DNA of 64,000 nt, from positions 832,001 to 896,000 of the forward strand of contig OZ243938.1 in the NCBI GenBank assembly GCA_965214095.1. Reading direction: 5' to 3'. The position numbers were made by a program, and so were the translations under genes. Positions 41,554 through 51,908 of this stretch are shown here, one piece after another; positions within the stretch are counted from its first letter, which is position 1, and every line of letters begins with the position of its first letter. Origin of the DNA: Candidatus Poribacteria bacterium. GTDB taxonomy: Bacteria; Poribacteria; WGA-4E; WGA-3G. Below the pieces are notes generated by a model. That model did not search any database, was not told the DNA's origin, and was given only the letters and a program-made list of their open reading frames with translations.

Positions 41554-43383
41554 TTAACGTGGAGCATCCCATAGCAGCACAGTGCTGTCCCATCCTGCGG
41601 TCGCTATGGTGTGTCCATCTGGTGAATACCTAACAAAATATGTACGTTCATGCCTTGAACTTTTTTTGTGTTTATCAGTAATCGTATGAATTACCTCATA
41701 AGTATTAGCATCCCAAATTGATATAGTTTCTCTGGGACCGGTTCCCACAATTGTTTTACCATCTGGAGAGTATCCCTGAAAATAAGTTTTTTCCTCAGTT
41801 GTGATGGTCTTAACTGGTTCGTCATCGTCCATATTCCAAAACTGCATAGTGCCACCTTTTATCCAATTAACACATACAAACTTATCCCATCCTGGTGAGA
41901 TTGCTATTGAAGTCGCAGAAATTGTTTTTACTACCTTGCTTGTGTTTATATTCCAAAAACAGATTTCTGAATCATTCGTACTGACAAGGGATTCACCATT
42001 TGGTGAAAATGCCACCGTTCTAACATGACCTTGTCCGCAATCAATGACTTTTATAGTTTCCCCCGAATCAACATCCCACAAATAGATGTTACCATTGTTA
42101 TCTCCACCTGCAAGCATCTGTCCATCAGGACTAAATGCTACTGATTCAAAACCTTCATAGTCACCTTGGAAGGTGCGTCCCAATTTACCAGTTTTAGTAT
42201 TCAGGAGAAATATTGTGTCATATCGATTTGGACCAGGACCACATGCAAGTGTCACACCATCTGGTGCATAAGCGATACAAGCGATGTTAGTCTTACCTGG
42301 ATAGTAGGTTTTTTTTAGTTTGCCAGTGATGGCGTTCCATAATCGAAGACTGGGACCGCTACTTAAAGTAACAAGGGTACTTCCATCAGGTGAATAAGTC
42401 ATATCCCGAAACATCTCTGCATATCCAGTTAAAGTGCGAATTGATTTAGAAGTAGCAACATCCCAGAACTGAATTGTGCCGTCACCCCCGGCGTTTACAA
42501 GCGTATTTCCATCTGGTGAAAATGAAATATGATAGGTTGTATCAGCCGGACTATCAATAGTTTTGGATAGGTTGCAAGTGGCAACATCCCAAAACTGAAT
42601 TGTATCATCTCCGTAATTAGAACTGACAAGTATGTTATTAGTTGGACTGAATACTATTGTATGAACACCGTGTAGTGCTGAAGTGGCTTCTATTTCTATG
42701 TTTCGCTTCTTATGACTTGTATGCAGTTCCCACAACCGAATTGTCCCATCAGCACTACAACTTGCTAAATACTTACCATCATAAGAAAAAGCAATACCAG
42801 ATATATCACCTTTATGGCCGTTAAAGGATTGCAGGAATTCTCCAGAGTAAGCATTCCACATGTAGATCATTTTATCCCTTCCATAACTAACAAGAACTTT
42901 CCCATCTAGGGAATAGAGAACTTCAATCACAGCACCTGCGTGCCCTGCAAAGGTTTGTAGAAGTTCCTCAGATTCAACATTCCACAACCGAATTGTTTCG
43001 TCATTACCTCCACTTGCGAGTGTTTTTCCATCAGGACTAAACACAACTGAATAAACACTATCTTGATGTCCAATTAGTTTAGCCATATTCTCACCGGTTT
43101 GCAGATTCCATAGTAGTATTGTGCCGTCACAGCCATCGGAAGCAAGTAGTTGGTTGTCTGGACTGAAGGCAATAGTTGTACAACTTTCCATGTGTTCTAC
43201 AAATAGATTAAGTTCTTTACCAGTGTTTGCATCATACAACCAAATTCCAATTGTCCCTGCGGCAGCAAGCAGTTTGCCATCCGGGGAATGTGCCATATCA
43301 AATATGTGTCCCTTCCCTAAGCGTGCTTTTGCTCCTTCGGGTAATTTCCATTTTGTAACATCTTGATGAAGATTGTTTTGCAT
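41554..43383 (-). CDS. WD40 protein, array type B4
   Basis: MQNNLHQDVTKWKLPEGAKARLGKG; WD40 repeats. Confidence 0.9.
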   Translation of the reverse strand: MQNNLHQDVTKWKLPEGAKARLGKGHIFDMAHSPDGKLLAAAGTIGIWLYDANTGKELNLFVEHMESCTTIAFSPDNQLLASDGCDGTILLWNLQTGENMAKLIGHQDSVYSVVFSPDGKTLASGGNDETIRLWNVESEELLQTFAGHAGAVIEVLYSLDGKVLVSYGRDKMIYMWNAYSGEFLQSFNGHKGDISGIAFSYDGKYLASCSADGTIRLWELHTSHKKRNIEIEATSALHGVHTIVFSPTNNILVSSNYGDDTIQFWDVATCNLSKTIDSPADTTYHISFSPDGNTLVNAGGDGTIQFWDVATSKSIRTLTGYAEMFRDMTYSPDGSTLVTLSSGPSLRLWNAITGKLKKTYYPGKTNIACIAYAPDGVTLACGPGPNRYDTIFLLNTKTGKLGRTFQGDYEGFESVAFSPDGQMLAGGDNNGNIYLWDVDSGETIKVIDCGQGHVRTVAFSPNGESLVSTNDSEICFWNINTSKVVKTISATSIAISPGWDKFVCVNWIKGGTMQFWNMDDDEPVKTITTEEKTYFQGYSPDGKTIVGTGPRETISIWDANTYEVIHTITDKHKKSSRHERTYFVRYSPDGHTIATAGWDSTVLLWDAPR

Positions 43384-43651
43384 AGGAGTTTCTCCATTTT
43401 GTTAATTGATGATAAATGGCTGCATGTCGGGTTTCGTGCCTCTACCCGACCTACAAGATTCGTGTAGATAGAACGGTAGTCGCGCAATTCATTGCGCCTC
43501 TTATATTCAAATTCAAATGGGTAAATCATTTATGGAATTGGTAGACATTTGCAGTAATTGATACTCTCAGTATACCACAATTACATTGACAGATGCACTC
43601 TTCTCCACTTTGTATAACATTGTATAAAAGGCACTTCGTATATTGATATGC
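43320..43651. repeat. Duplicated B-leader plus intergenic segment with two REPs (copy at ~47345-47676; partial copy at 39382-39558)
   Basis: Near-identical sequence by eye, 4025 bp apart; contains GTCGGG..CCCGACCTAC and GTAGTCGCGCAATTCATTGCGC. Confidence 0.9.
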
Positions 43652-45490
43652 CTAAAACTTACTCATATCCCACAAAAGGACAGTTCCATCAGAACTGACA
43701 CTTGCAACCGTTTCCCCATCCGGAGAAAACGCAACATCATTGATAATCTGTGTATGTCCAGTAAACTTCTGTAGGAGTTCTCCAGATTGTGCATTCCAAA
43801 TGTGTACAACTTTTTCATTCTCAGAACTATTCGCCAGCAATCTACCATCAGGAGAACATGCAAGATGCGTTACAACTCCGGCATCTGATATTGATGGACG
43901 TGTCAACTCACCTGTGGCAACATCCCAAGAACGGATCGTTCCATCCGCACTACCACTTACAACCGTTTTCCCATCAGAAGAAAACACCAAGGTATTAACT
44001 TCCTTTTCGTGTCCAGTTAACGTTGTAAGGAGAGTCTGACTGTCAACATCCCATATCATGATTGTTTTGTCATTGCTACCACTTGCAAGCTTTCTTCCAT
44101 CTGGAGAAAATGCAACAGAATTGACTTCATCCGTATGTTCACTGAAAGTCATCAAGCATTCTCCAATCAGATAAAGTTCCCCCTTACAAATCTCCCATAT
44201 ACATACTTTGTTACCTCTGGTACCGGTCGCGAGCATACATCCATCAGGTGAAATTGCTATAGAAGAAAATGTTGTTCCATCTCCTCTGAAACTTCCGAGA
44301 AACCGACCAGTTGCTACATCCCACAAACGTGCTTTGTTAGAAGAATCTCTTGTCACAAGCATCTTTCCATCTCTTGAAAATTTGATTGAATGGACATCCG
44401 ATTGCCGAACAAAGGTAGTATTTATCTGTTTGCTATTTTGTAAATCCCACCACTGGACTTCGTTTTCTCCACCACAAGTCAACGTTTTCCCGTCAGGAGA
44501 AAATGTTACAGAATAGAGTTCCATTGGTCTGTGATCGAGTATGGTAATCCTTAATTCACCTGTGTTTGCATCCCACATTCGGACCGTGCCATCATCACTG
44601 CCACTGGCAATTGTCTCTCCATCAGGTGAATAAGAAACCGAAAGCACCTCGTCTCCGTGTGCCATACTATTCAGTAGTTCTGCTGTATCAACATCCCATA
44701 TATCAACTCTGTACCAACGGCTACCTGTCACAAGTTTGCTTCCATCCGGTGAAAACTCCATTGACTTAAACTCACCTACCCACTCAGTATTATTACTGAG
44801 TCGTTTACCAGTTTCTAACTCCCAAAACTGCAAAGGACCATCTCCTGTAGCAAGAATTTTCTGATCAGGTGAAATGGCAGCAGCATTAAAGTTAGTTTCA
44901 AGGTATATCTCTTTCACAATTTCATAGTCTTGTGTATCCCAATATGCAATTTGTGACTCCTTATTTTCGGTATTGCCTACGGTAAGAAGATGTGTACTAT
45001 CAGAAGTATATGTCATAATTGCGTACGGCGATAAATCTGTTAAACAAGATTTTAAAAGCTCACAAGTATCAACATCCCAAATCTTGATTGTCCAATATGC
45101 ACTTGCACTTGCAAGTTTATCTCCTGTCACATTGAATGTTAAATACTCATCTTCATCTTTATGTCCAACACAAGTGCCTTTTAGCCGACACGTCTTTGTA
45201 TCCCAAATATGGATCGCTTTGTTTTCACCACTCGTAGCGAAGAATTTTCCATCTGCGCTGAAGGCAATAGTCGTAACAGGTGTAGTATCCTCTGTCAGTA
45301 AGTCAAGTGCTTCTCCTGTTTCTGAATCATAGACCCAGACACCGATGGATGAAACGACAGCCAATCGTTTTCCATCAGGGAAAAATTTGACTTGATTTAT
45401 TTTTCCTCTCCCAAGACGGGTCTTTGCACCATCTGGTAATCCTACCTGATCGAGTTTATGAGAAATGGTTGCATCGTCGTTTATTAACAT
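43652..45490 (-). CDS. WD40 protein, array type A3
   Basis: QVGLPDGAKTRLGRG leader; WD40 repeats; AAGGAG RBS. Confidence 0.9.
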   Translation of the reverse strand: MLINDDATISHKLDQVGLPDGAKTRLGRGKINQVKFFPDGKRLAVVSSIGVWVYDSETGEALDLLTEDTTPVTTIAFSADGKFFATSGENKAIHIWDTKTCRLKGTCVGHKDEDEYLTFNVTGDKLASASAYWTIKIWDVDTCELLKSCLTDLSPYAIMTYTSDSTHLLTVGNTENKESQIAYWDTQDYEIVKEIYLETNFNAAAISPDQKILATGDGPLQFWELETGKRLSNNTEWVGEFKSMEFSPDGSKLVTGSRWYRVDIWDVDTAELLNSMAHGDEVLSVSYSPDGETIASGSDDGTVRMWDANTGELRITILDHRPMELYSVTFSPDGKTLTCGGENEVQWWDLQNSKQINTTFVRQSDVHSIKFSRDGKMLVTRDSSNKARLWDVATGRFLGSFRGDGTTFSSIAISPDGCMLATGTRGNKVCIWEICKGELYLIGECLMTFSEHTDEVNSVAFSPDGRKLASGSNDKTIMIWDVDSQTLLTTLTGHEKEVNTLVFSSDGKTVVSGSADGTIRSWDVATGELTRPSISDAGVVTHLACSPDGRLLANSSENEKVVHIWNAQSGELLQKFTGHTQIINDVAFSPDGETVASVSSDGTVLLWDMSKF

Positions 45491-45611
45491 AGCTTGAATT
45501 CTCCTTTAACAATACACTTTACTATAACAAAATCTGTTCGTAGTCGCGCAATTCATTGCGCCTCGGACATTTCTTTTCCATAGTGAATTTATTTATAGAA
45601 ATGTGATTAGA
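45491..45611. repeat. Duplicated intergenic segment with REP (copy at 49519-49640)
   Basis: Near-identical sequence; REP GTAGTCGCGCAATTCATTGCGC at 45540-45561. Confidence 0.88.
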
Positions 45612-47408
45612 TCATTCTACTTCTGGAACATTCCACAACTTCACCGTACTATCCCATCCAGCAGTCGCAAGTGTGCGTCCATCCGGAGAATAGGACAGAA
45701 ACCATATCCCTTCAATATGTCCATGCGTATAAGAAGCAATTAATTTACCAGTATTTGCATCACAAAAACAGATCTGATCCTTTTCCCAATATGTATAAGC
45801 GAATGTCTCTCCATTAGGAGAATAAACTACATTACTTGCTTTCTTATCAATTGTCTTTATCGGCTCATCACCATCAACATTCCAAAATTGAAGTTCAATG
45901 TCATTAATACATAGAAAGGTTTTGAAATCTGGAGAAGGTGCAACCGTGTGTCCCTGTACCTTTTTGATGGTTTCTCCAGTAGTTAAATCCCAAAATCGAA
46001 TTTCTCCATCAGTTGAACTGAAAAGTAATTGATCGTCCTGCAAAAATACAAGGTCTTTTATTTCATCTGATTCGGATTCAAGTATCTTCGTGTTTTTACC
46101 AGAAGTAACATCCCACAGATAAACGTTACCATGTTCATCACCACTTGCAAGCATCTTTCCATCAACGGAAAACGCAACAGATGTTATATCATTCAGTTGT
46201 CCTACAAAAGTCTGTTCAATCTCATTTCTTTCAGGATTTAGAATATTTATAGCGTTCTTTCTATCATCTTCATACGCTAATCTTATCCCATCTGGTGCAT
46301 AAGCTATACACCCAACTCTCTGTTTATATAGATGAATTGTTTTTAAGTGCTCACACGTTTGTGTATCCCACAAACGGAGTCTACGAGCACCATCCAATAC
46401 TGCAAGCGTGTTAGAAACAGGTGAATGTGTCATTCGCATAAACATCTGTGCGTATCCATCAAGTGTCCTTGTAGGTGAACCTAATGCAACATCCCAAAAT
46501 CGGATAGTGCCGTCACTGTGTGTATTTGCCAAAGTGTTTCCATCTGGAGAAAATATGACAAAGTAAGTTGTATCTGGTGGACTTTGTATAGTTTTTATTC
46601 GTTCTCCTTTAGTAACATCCCAAAACTGAATCACATCATCATCATAGTTGTTGCTAACGAGTGTTTTCCCATCTGGACTGAAAACAACTGCATTTACTCC
46701 ATCGGCATCCGTAGTAGCAGTTATTGTATTACGTAAGTTTCCTGTATCAGTATCCCAAATCCTGATCTTAGCATCCTGATTTCCACTTGCAAGCCTTCTA
46801 CTATCGTGTGAAAAGGAAATTGATGAAATTGTACCTGTATGTCCTTTAAGTGTGTGCAGGAACTCTCCTGTGTGTGCGTTCCAAAGGTGTATCATTTCAT
46901 CCGTACCATAACTTGCCAGTAACTCTCCGTTTGGTGAACACATCACTTCGGATACATGACCAGCATGTCCAGCAATAGTCAAAATCTGTTTACCTGATGC
47001 AACGTCCCAAAAACGAATTAATTCGTCATTTCCACCGCTAATAAGTATCTGTCTGTCTTGACTAAAAGTTACAGTTCTGACTCTATCATTATGTCCTGAG
47101 AGTGTCAACTGATGTTCGCCCGTTTGGACATCCCATATTATTATTGAGTTATCATTACTCCCGCTTGCCAAGAGTGAATTATCTGGACTAATAGCAACGC
47201 TACTCACACCATCCGTATGTCCTAAAAACAGATTGAGTTCTTTCCCAGTATGTGCATCATAAAGCCAAACACCGATAGTGCTACCCACTGCAAATAGCGA
47301 ACCATCTTTAGAATATGTAATATCAAAAGGATAACCTTTTCCAAGTCGTGCTTTTGCTCCTTCGGGTAATTTCCATTTTGTAACATCTTGATGAAGATTG
47401 TTTTGCAT
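45612..47408 (-). CDS. WD40 protein, array type B3
   Basis: N-terminus identical to B4; body closely matches the WD40 part of 53939-56335. Confidence 0.9.
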   Translation of the reverse strand: MQNNLHQDVTKWKLPEGAKARLGKGYPFDITYSKDGSLFAVGSTIGVWLYDAHTGKELNLFLGHTDGVSSVAISPDNSLLASGSNDNSIIIWDVQTGEHQLTLSGHNDRVRTVTFSQDRQILISGGNDELIRFWDVASGKQILTIAGHAGHVSEVMCSPNGELLASYGTDEMIHLWNAHTGEFLHTLKGHTGTISSISFSHDSRRLASGNQDAKIRIWDTDTGNLRNTITATTDADGVNAVVFSPDGKTLVSNNYDDDVIQFWDVTKGERIKTIQSPPDTTYFVIFSPDGNTLANTHSDGTIRFWDVALGSPTRTLDGYAQMFMRMTHSPVSNTLAVLDGARRLRLWDTQTCEHLKTIHLYKQRVGCIAYAPDGIRLAYEDDRKNAINILNPERNEIEQTFVGQLNDITSVAFSVDGKMLASGDEHGNVYLWDVTSGKNTKILESESDEIKDLVFLQDDQLLFSSTDGEIRFWDLTTGETIKKVQGHTVAPSPDFKTFLCINDIELQFWNVDGDEPIKTIDKKASNVVYSPNGETFAYTYWEKDQICFCDANTGKLIASYTHGHIEGIWFLSYSPDGRTLATAGWDSTVKLWNVPEVE

Positions 47409-47676
47409 AGGAGTTTCTCCATTTTGTTAATTGATGATAAATGGCTGCATGTCGGGTTTCGTGCCTCTACCCGACCTACAAGATTCGTGTGGACAGAACA
47501 GTAGTCGCGCAATTCATTGCGCTTCTTATATTCAAATTCAAATGGGTAAATCATTTATAGAATTGGTAGACATTTGCGGTAAATGATACTCTCAGTATAC
47601 CACAATTACATTGACAGATGCACTCTTCTCCACTTTGTATAACATTGTATAAAAGGCACTTCGTATATTGATATGC

Positions 47677-49518
47677 CTAAAACTTACTCATATCCCACAA
47701 AAGGACAGTTCCATCAGAACTGACACTTGCAACCGTTTCCCCATCAGGCGTATACGTAAGATCATTGATAATCTGTGTATGTCCAGTAAACTTCTGTAGG
47801 AGTTCTCCAGATTGTGCATTCCAAATGTGTACAACTTTTTCATTCTCAGAACTATTCGCCAGCAATCTACCATCAGGAGAACATGCAAGATGCGTTACAA
47901 CTCCGGCATCTGATATTGATGGACGTGTCAATTCACCTGTGGCAACATCCCAAAAACGGATCGTTCCATCCGCACTACCACTTACAACCGTATCCCCATC
48001 AGAAGAAAACACCACGGTATTAACTTCCTTTTCGTGTCCCGTTAACGTTGTAAGGAGAGTCTGACTGTCAACATCCCATATCATGATTGTCATATCATCG
48101 CTTCCACTTGCAACCTTTCTTCCATCAGGAGAAAACGCAACTGAATTGACTTCATCCGTATGTTCATTGAAAGTCATCAAGCAATCTCCTATGAGATAAA
48201 GTTGCCCCTTACAAATCTCCCATAAACATACTTTGTTATCTCTGGTACCGGTCGCGAGCATACATCCATCAGGTGAAATTGCTATAGAAGAAAATTTTGT
48301 TCCATCTCCTCTAAAACTTCCGAGAAACCGACCGGTTGCTACATCCCATAAACGTGCCATGTGCGACCCATTGGAAGGGTACAATGTAACCAGAATTGCA
48401 CAATCATCGGAGAATCTAATTGAATGAACATTATTTCTCTCAAGATACGTGTTCCTTACACTCTTTCCACTCTGTAAATCCCACCACTGTATTCCATCTT
48501 CACTACCACATGTCAGCATACTGCCATCAGGCGAATAAGCAACAGAATAATTTTCTTTTGGACTGTGACCAGCAATATTAATTTTTTGTTCACCTGTCTC
48601 GGCATCCCACATTCGGACCGTGCCATCATCACTCCCACTGGCAATTGTCTCTCCATCAGGTGAATAAGACACCGAAAGCACCTCGTCTCCGTGTGCCATC
48701 CTATTCAGCAGTTCGGTTGTATCAACATTCCATAATTCGACTCTGTCCGAACGGCTGCCTGTCACAAGTCTACGTCCATCTGGTGAAAACTCCATTGACT
48801 TAAACTCACCTACCCACTCTGTATTATTACTGAGTCGTTTACCAGTTTCTAACTCCCAAAACTGCAAAGGCCCATCTCCTGTAGCAAGAATTTTCTGATC
48901 AGGTGAAATGGCAGCAGCATTAAAGTTAGTTTCAAGGTATATCTCTTTCACAATTTCATAGTCTTGTGTATCCCAATAGGCAATTTGTGACTCCTTATTT
49001 TCGGTATTGCCTACGGTAAGAAGATGAGTACTATCAGAAGTATATGTCATAATTGCGTATGACGCAAAATCTGTTAAACAAGATTTTAAAAGCTCACAGG
49101 TACCAACATCCCATACCATGATTTCACCATCTGTACTTGCAAGTTTATCTCCTCTTACATTGAATGTTAAATACTCAACATCATTTTTATGTCCAACACA
49201 AGTGCCTTTTAGCCGACACGTCTTTGTATCCCAAATATGGATTGCTTTGTTTTCACCACTCGTAGCGAAGAATTTTCCATCTGCGCTGAAGGCAATAGTC
49301 GTAACAGGTGTAGTATCCTCTGTCAGTAAGTCAAGTGCTTCTCCTGTTTCTGAATCATAGACCCAGACACCGATGGATGAAACGACAGCCAATCGTTTTC
49401 CATCAGGGAAGAATTTGACTTGATTTATTTTTCCTCTCCCAAAACGGGTTTTTGCACCATCTGGTAATCCTACCTGATCGAGTTTATGAGAAATGGTTGC
49501 ATCGTCGTCTATTAACAT
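47677..49518 (-). CDS. WD40 protein, array type A2
   Basis: QVGLPDGAKTRFGRG leader; WD40 repeats. Confidence 0.9.
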   Translation of the reverse strand: MLIDDDATISHKLDQVGLPDGAKTRFGRGKINQVKFFPDGKRLAVVSSIGVWVYDSETGEALDLLTEDTTPVTTIAFSADGKFFATSGENKAIHIWDTKTCRLKGTCVGHKNDVEYLTFNVRGDKLASTDGEIMVWDVGTCELLKSCLTDFASYAIMTYTSDSTHLLTVGNTENKESQIAYWDTQDYEIVKEIYLETNFNAAAISPDQKILATGDGPLQFWELETGKRLSNNTEWVGEFKSMEFSPDGRRLVTGSRSDRVELWNVDTTELLNRMAHGDEVLSVSYSPDGETIASGSDDGTVRMWDAETGEQKINIAGHSPKENYSVAYSPDGSMLTCGSEDGIQWWDLQSGKSVRNTYLERNNVHSIRFSDDCAILVTLYPSNGSHMARLWDVATGRFLGSFRGDGTKFSSIAISPDGCMLATGTRDNKVCLWEICKGQLYLIGDCLMTFNEHTDEVNSVAFSPDGRKVASGSDDMTIMIWDVDSQTLLTTLTGHEKEVNTVVFSSDGDTVVSGSADGTIRFWDVATGELTRPSISDAGVVTHLACSPDGRLLANSSENEKVVHIWNAQSGELLQKFTGHTQIINDLTYTPDGETVASVSSDGTVLLWDMSKF

Positions 49519-49640
49519 AGCTTGAATTCTCCTTTAACAATACACTTTACTATAACAAAAATCTGTTTGTAGTCGCGCAATTCATTCCGCCTCGGACATT
49601 TCTTCTCCATAGTGAATTTATTTATAGAAATGTGATTAGA

Positions 49641-51452
49641 TCATTCTACTGCTGGAACATTCCACAACTTCACCGTACTATCCCATCCAGCAGTCGCAAG
49701 TGTTTGTCCATCAGGAGAATAGCACAAAAACCATATTTCTTGAATATTTTCATGGGTAAATGCTTCTATTACTACACCGGTGTGAGCATCACAAAAACAG
49801 ATCTGATCTCCTTCAAAAATTGCATACGCGAAAGTCTCTCCATTTGGAGAAAAGGCTATTTCACTTGCCATTTTATCAATTTCAAAAGACTTTATAGGTT
49901 TTTCACCATCTATTTTCCAATATTGAATTTCACCTTGACTTAAACATACAAAAGTATGTGAATCTGGTGAAGATGAGACAAAGCGTCCAGATAACTTTTT
50001 GATGGTTTCTTCAGAAGTTAAATCCCAAATTCTTATCTCTCCACCAATTGAACCGACAAGTAATTGTCCATCAGGCAAAAATGCAAGATTTCTTATATCC
50101 TGCGATTTGGATTCAAGAATCTTCGTGTTTTTGCCAGAAGTAACATCCCAGAGATAAACGTTACCATGTTCATCGCCGCCTGCAAGCGTCTTTCCATCAA
50201 CTGAAAACGCAACGGATGTAATGTCATTCAGAAGTCCTTCAAAAACCTGTTCCTTTTCTCCTGTTTCAGTATTCAAAATATAAACCCAGTTGTTTCTATC
50301 ATCGCCACAAGCCAATCTTATTCCATCTGGTGCAAAAGCACAACAAGTAACTATATGGGGATGTATATAGATATTTTTCATAAGTTTAAATGTCTTTGTA
50401 TCCCACAAATGGAGTCTGGCGAAACCACACAGTACAGCGAGAACATCTTCAACCGGTGAATATGTCATACACCTAAATATTTCTGCGTATCCATCAATTG
50501 CACGTAGTTGTGAACCCTTTGCAACATCCCAAAATCGGATTGGTCCGTCGTCGCTATCTGTAGTAGCTAATGTTTTTCCATCAGGTAAAAAAACGATATT
50601 GCACGTGGAATCTTGTGGACTCTGGATGGATTTTGTGCGTTCACCTTTAGTAACATCCCAGAACTGAATCACATCGTCACGCAAGTTGTTACTGACAAGT
50701 ATATTCTCTGTTGGACTAAACAAAACTGTATTCACCCAATCGTCATTTGTGGTAGCAGTTATTGTATTAAGTAAGTTGCCTGTATCGGTATCCCAAATCC
50801 TGATTTTTCCACCACGTTCTCCAATTGCGAACATTTTACTATCCGTAGAAAAGGAAATGTCAGAAATATAATCTTGATTACCTTTAAGTGTACGGATATA
50901 TTCGCCTGTGTGTGCGTTCCAAAGATGTATCATATTATCACCGCCATAACTTGCAAGTAACTCACCATTTGGTGAACACAGCACTTCGGATACATAGCCA
51001 GCATGTCCGGCAATAGTAAGAATTTGTTGACCTGTAGGAATATCCCAAAAACGAATTAATTCGTCATTTCCACCACTGATAAGTTTCTGTCCATCATGAC
51101 TAAAGGTTACAGATGCGACTCCATCAGTATGTTCTGAGAGTATCATCTTAAGGTTTCCCGATTGGATATCCCATAATCTGATTGTTTTGTCGCTGCTCCC
51201 ACTTGCCAAAAGTGAATTATCCGGACTAAAAGCAACACTGTGTACCCCAGCCGTGTGTTCCAAGAACAGATTGAGTTCCTTGCAAGTATGTGTATCATAA
51301 AGCCATATACCGTAAGTGCCACATGTAGCAAATAGTGAACCATCTTTGGAATATACCATATCAAAAGTACAACCTTTTCCAAGACGTGCTTTTGCTCCTT
51401 CGGGTAATTTCCATTTTGTAACATCTTGTGATTGTAAAGATTCTGCTGTCAT
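49641..51452 (-). CDS. WD40 protein, array type B2 (starts at copy of the sigma-fusion linker)
   Basis: AGAGGAG-N5-ATG at 51452 (MTAESLQSQD); the ORF-track extension to 51530 runs into a REP. Confidence 0.88.
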   Translation of the reverse strand: MTAESLQSQDVTKWKLPEGAKARLGKGCTFDMVYSKDGSLFATCGTYGIWLYDTHTCKELNLFLEHTAGVHSVAFSPDNSLLASGSSDKTIRLWDIQSGNLKMILSEHTDGVASVTFSHDGQKLISGGNDELIRFWDIPTGQQILTIAGHAGYVSEVLCSPNGELLASYGGDNMIHLWNAHTGEYIRTLKGNQDYISDISFSTDSKMFAIGERGGKIRIWDTDTGNLLNTITATTNDDWVNTVLFSPTENILVSNNLRDDVIQFWDVTKGERTKSIQSPQDSTCNIVFLPDGKTLATTDSDDGPIRFWDVAKGSQLRAIDGYAEIFRCMTYSPVEDVLAVLCGFARLHLWDTKTFKLMKNIYIHPHIVTCCAFAPDGIRLACGDDRNNWVYILNTETGEKEQVFEGLLNDITSVAFSVDGKTLAGGDEHGNVYLWDVTSGKNTKILESKSQDIRNLAFLPDGQLLVGSIGGEIRIWDLTSEETIKKLSGRFVSSSPDSHTFVCLSQGEIQYWKIDGEKPIKSFEIDKMASEIAFSPNGETFAYAIFEGDQICFCDAHTGVVIEAFTHENIQEIWFLCYSPDGQTLATAGWDSTVKLWNVPAVE

Positions 51453-51506
51453 AACTTCTCCTCTTTCTGTTTTTACTTCAAATCCGGTAGGTACCCCTCG
51501 TTGTTC

Positions 51507-51880
51507 GTAGTCGCTCAATTCATTGCGCATCTTGCATTAATGGAGAGGTCTCAATCCTTGAGTGCATAGTAGTAGGCACACTCCGTGTGCCGTTCCTTCT
51601 CTTGTTGGAGGGGTTTCCAACCCCAATAGATACCATAAGCGTCATCAGTGTTGATTTGGATTGATTGTTTTTTCAACATCGGTGCAGCTAATCATATCAA
51701 TAGCACGCTGAAACTTCAGACTCATAATCCTGAAAATCTCATAATCCTGAAAATCCTGGTTCAGACAAAAATGAATTACACAAACTTGACATCAATTGTG
51801 CGGTTAGGAAACCGCACATAGACATCAATTTAGTGGTTTATAGTTTGCATGTTTTCTTTAGTCCCGTAGGTACTGAGGAC
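51507..51880. repeat. Mosaic of REP-like palindromes and short repeats
   Basis: GTAGTCGCTCAATTCATTGCGC (51507), GTAGTAGGCACACTCCGTGTGCC (51569), tandem 17-mer CTCATAATCCTGAAAAT x2 (51721-51754), TGTGCGGTTAGGAAACCGCACA (51797). Confidence 0.75.
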
Positions 51881-51908
51881 ACGCTTAGAATCGCATTTAT
51901 TAATATGC

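Noticed and set aside
43317-47554. Repeated small ORFs MIYPFEFEYK... (43317-43529, 47222-47554)
   Set aside because: They read through REP palindromes in duplicated intergenic DNA and overlap the B genes out of frame.
39382-51900. CRISPR array or integron attC cassette array suggested by recurring palindromes
   Set aside because: The repeats are kilobases apart with no 30-40 bp spacers. No cas or integrase gene is present and no attC R-box pattern was recognised; they fit REPs and segmental duplication.
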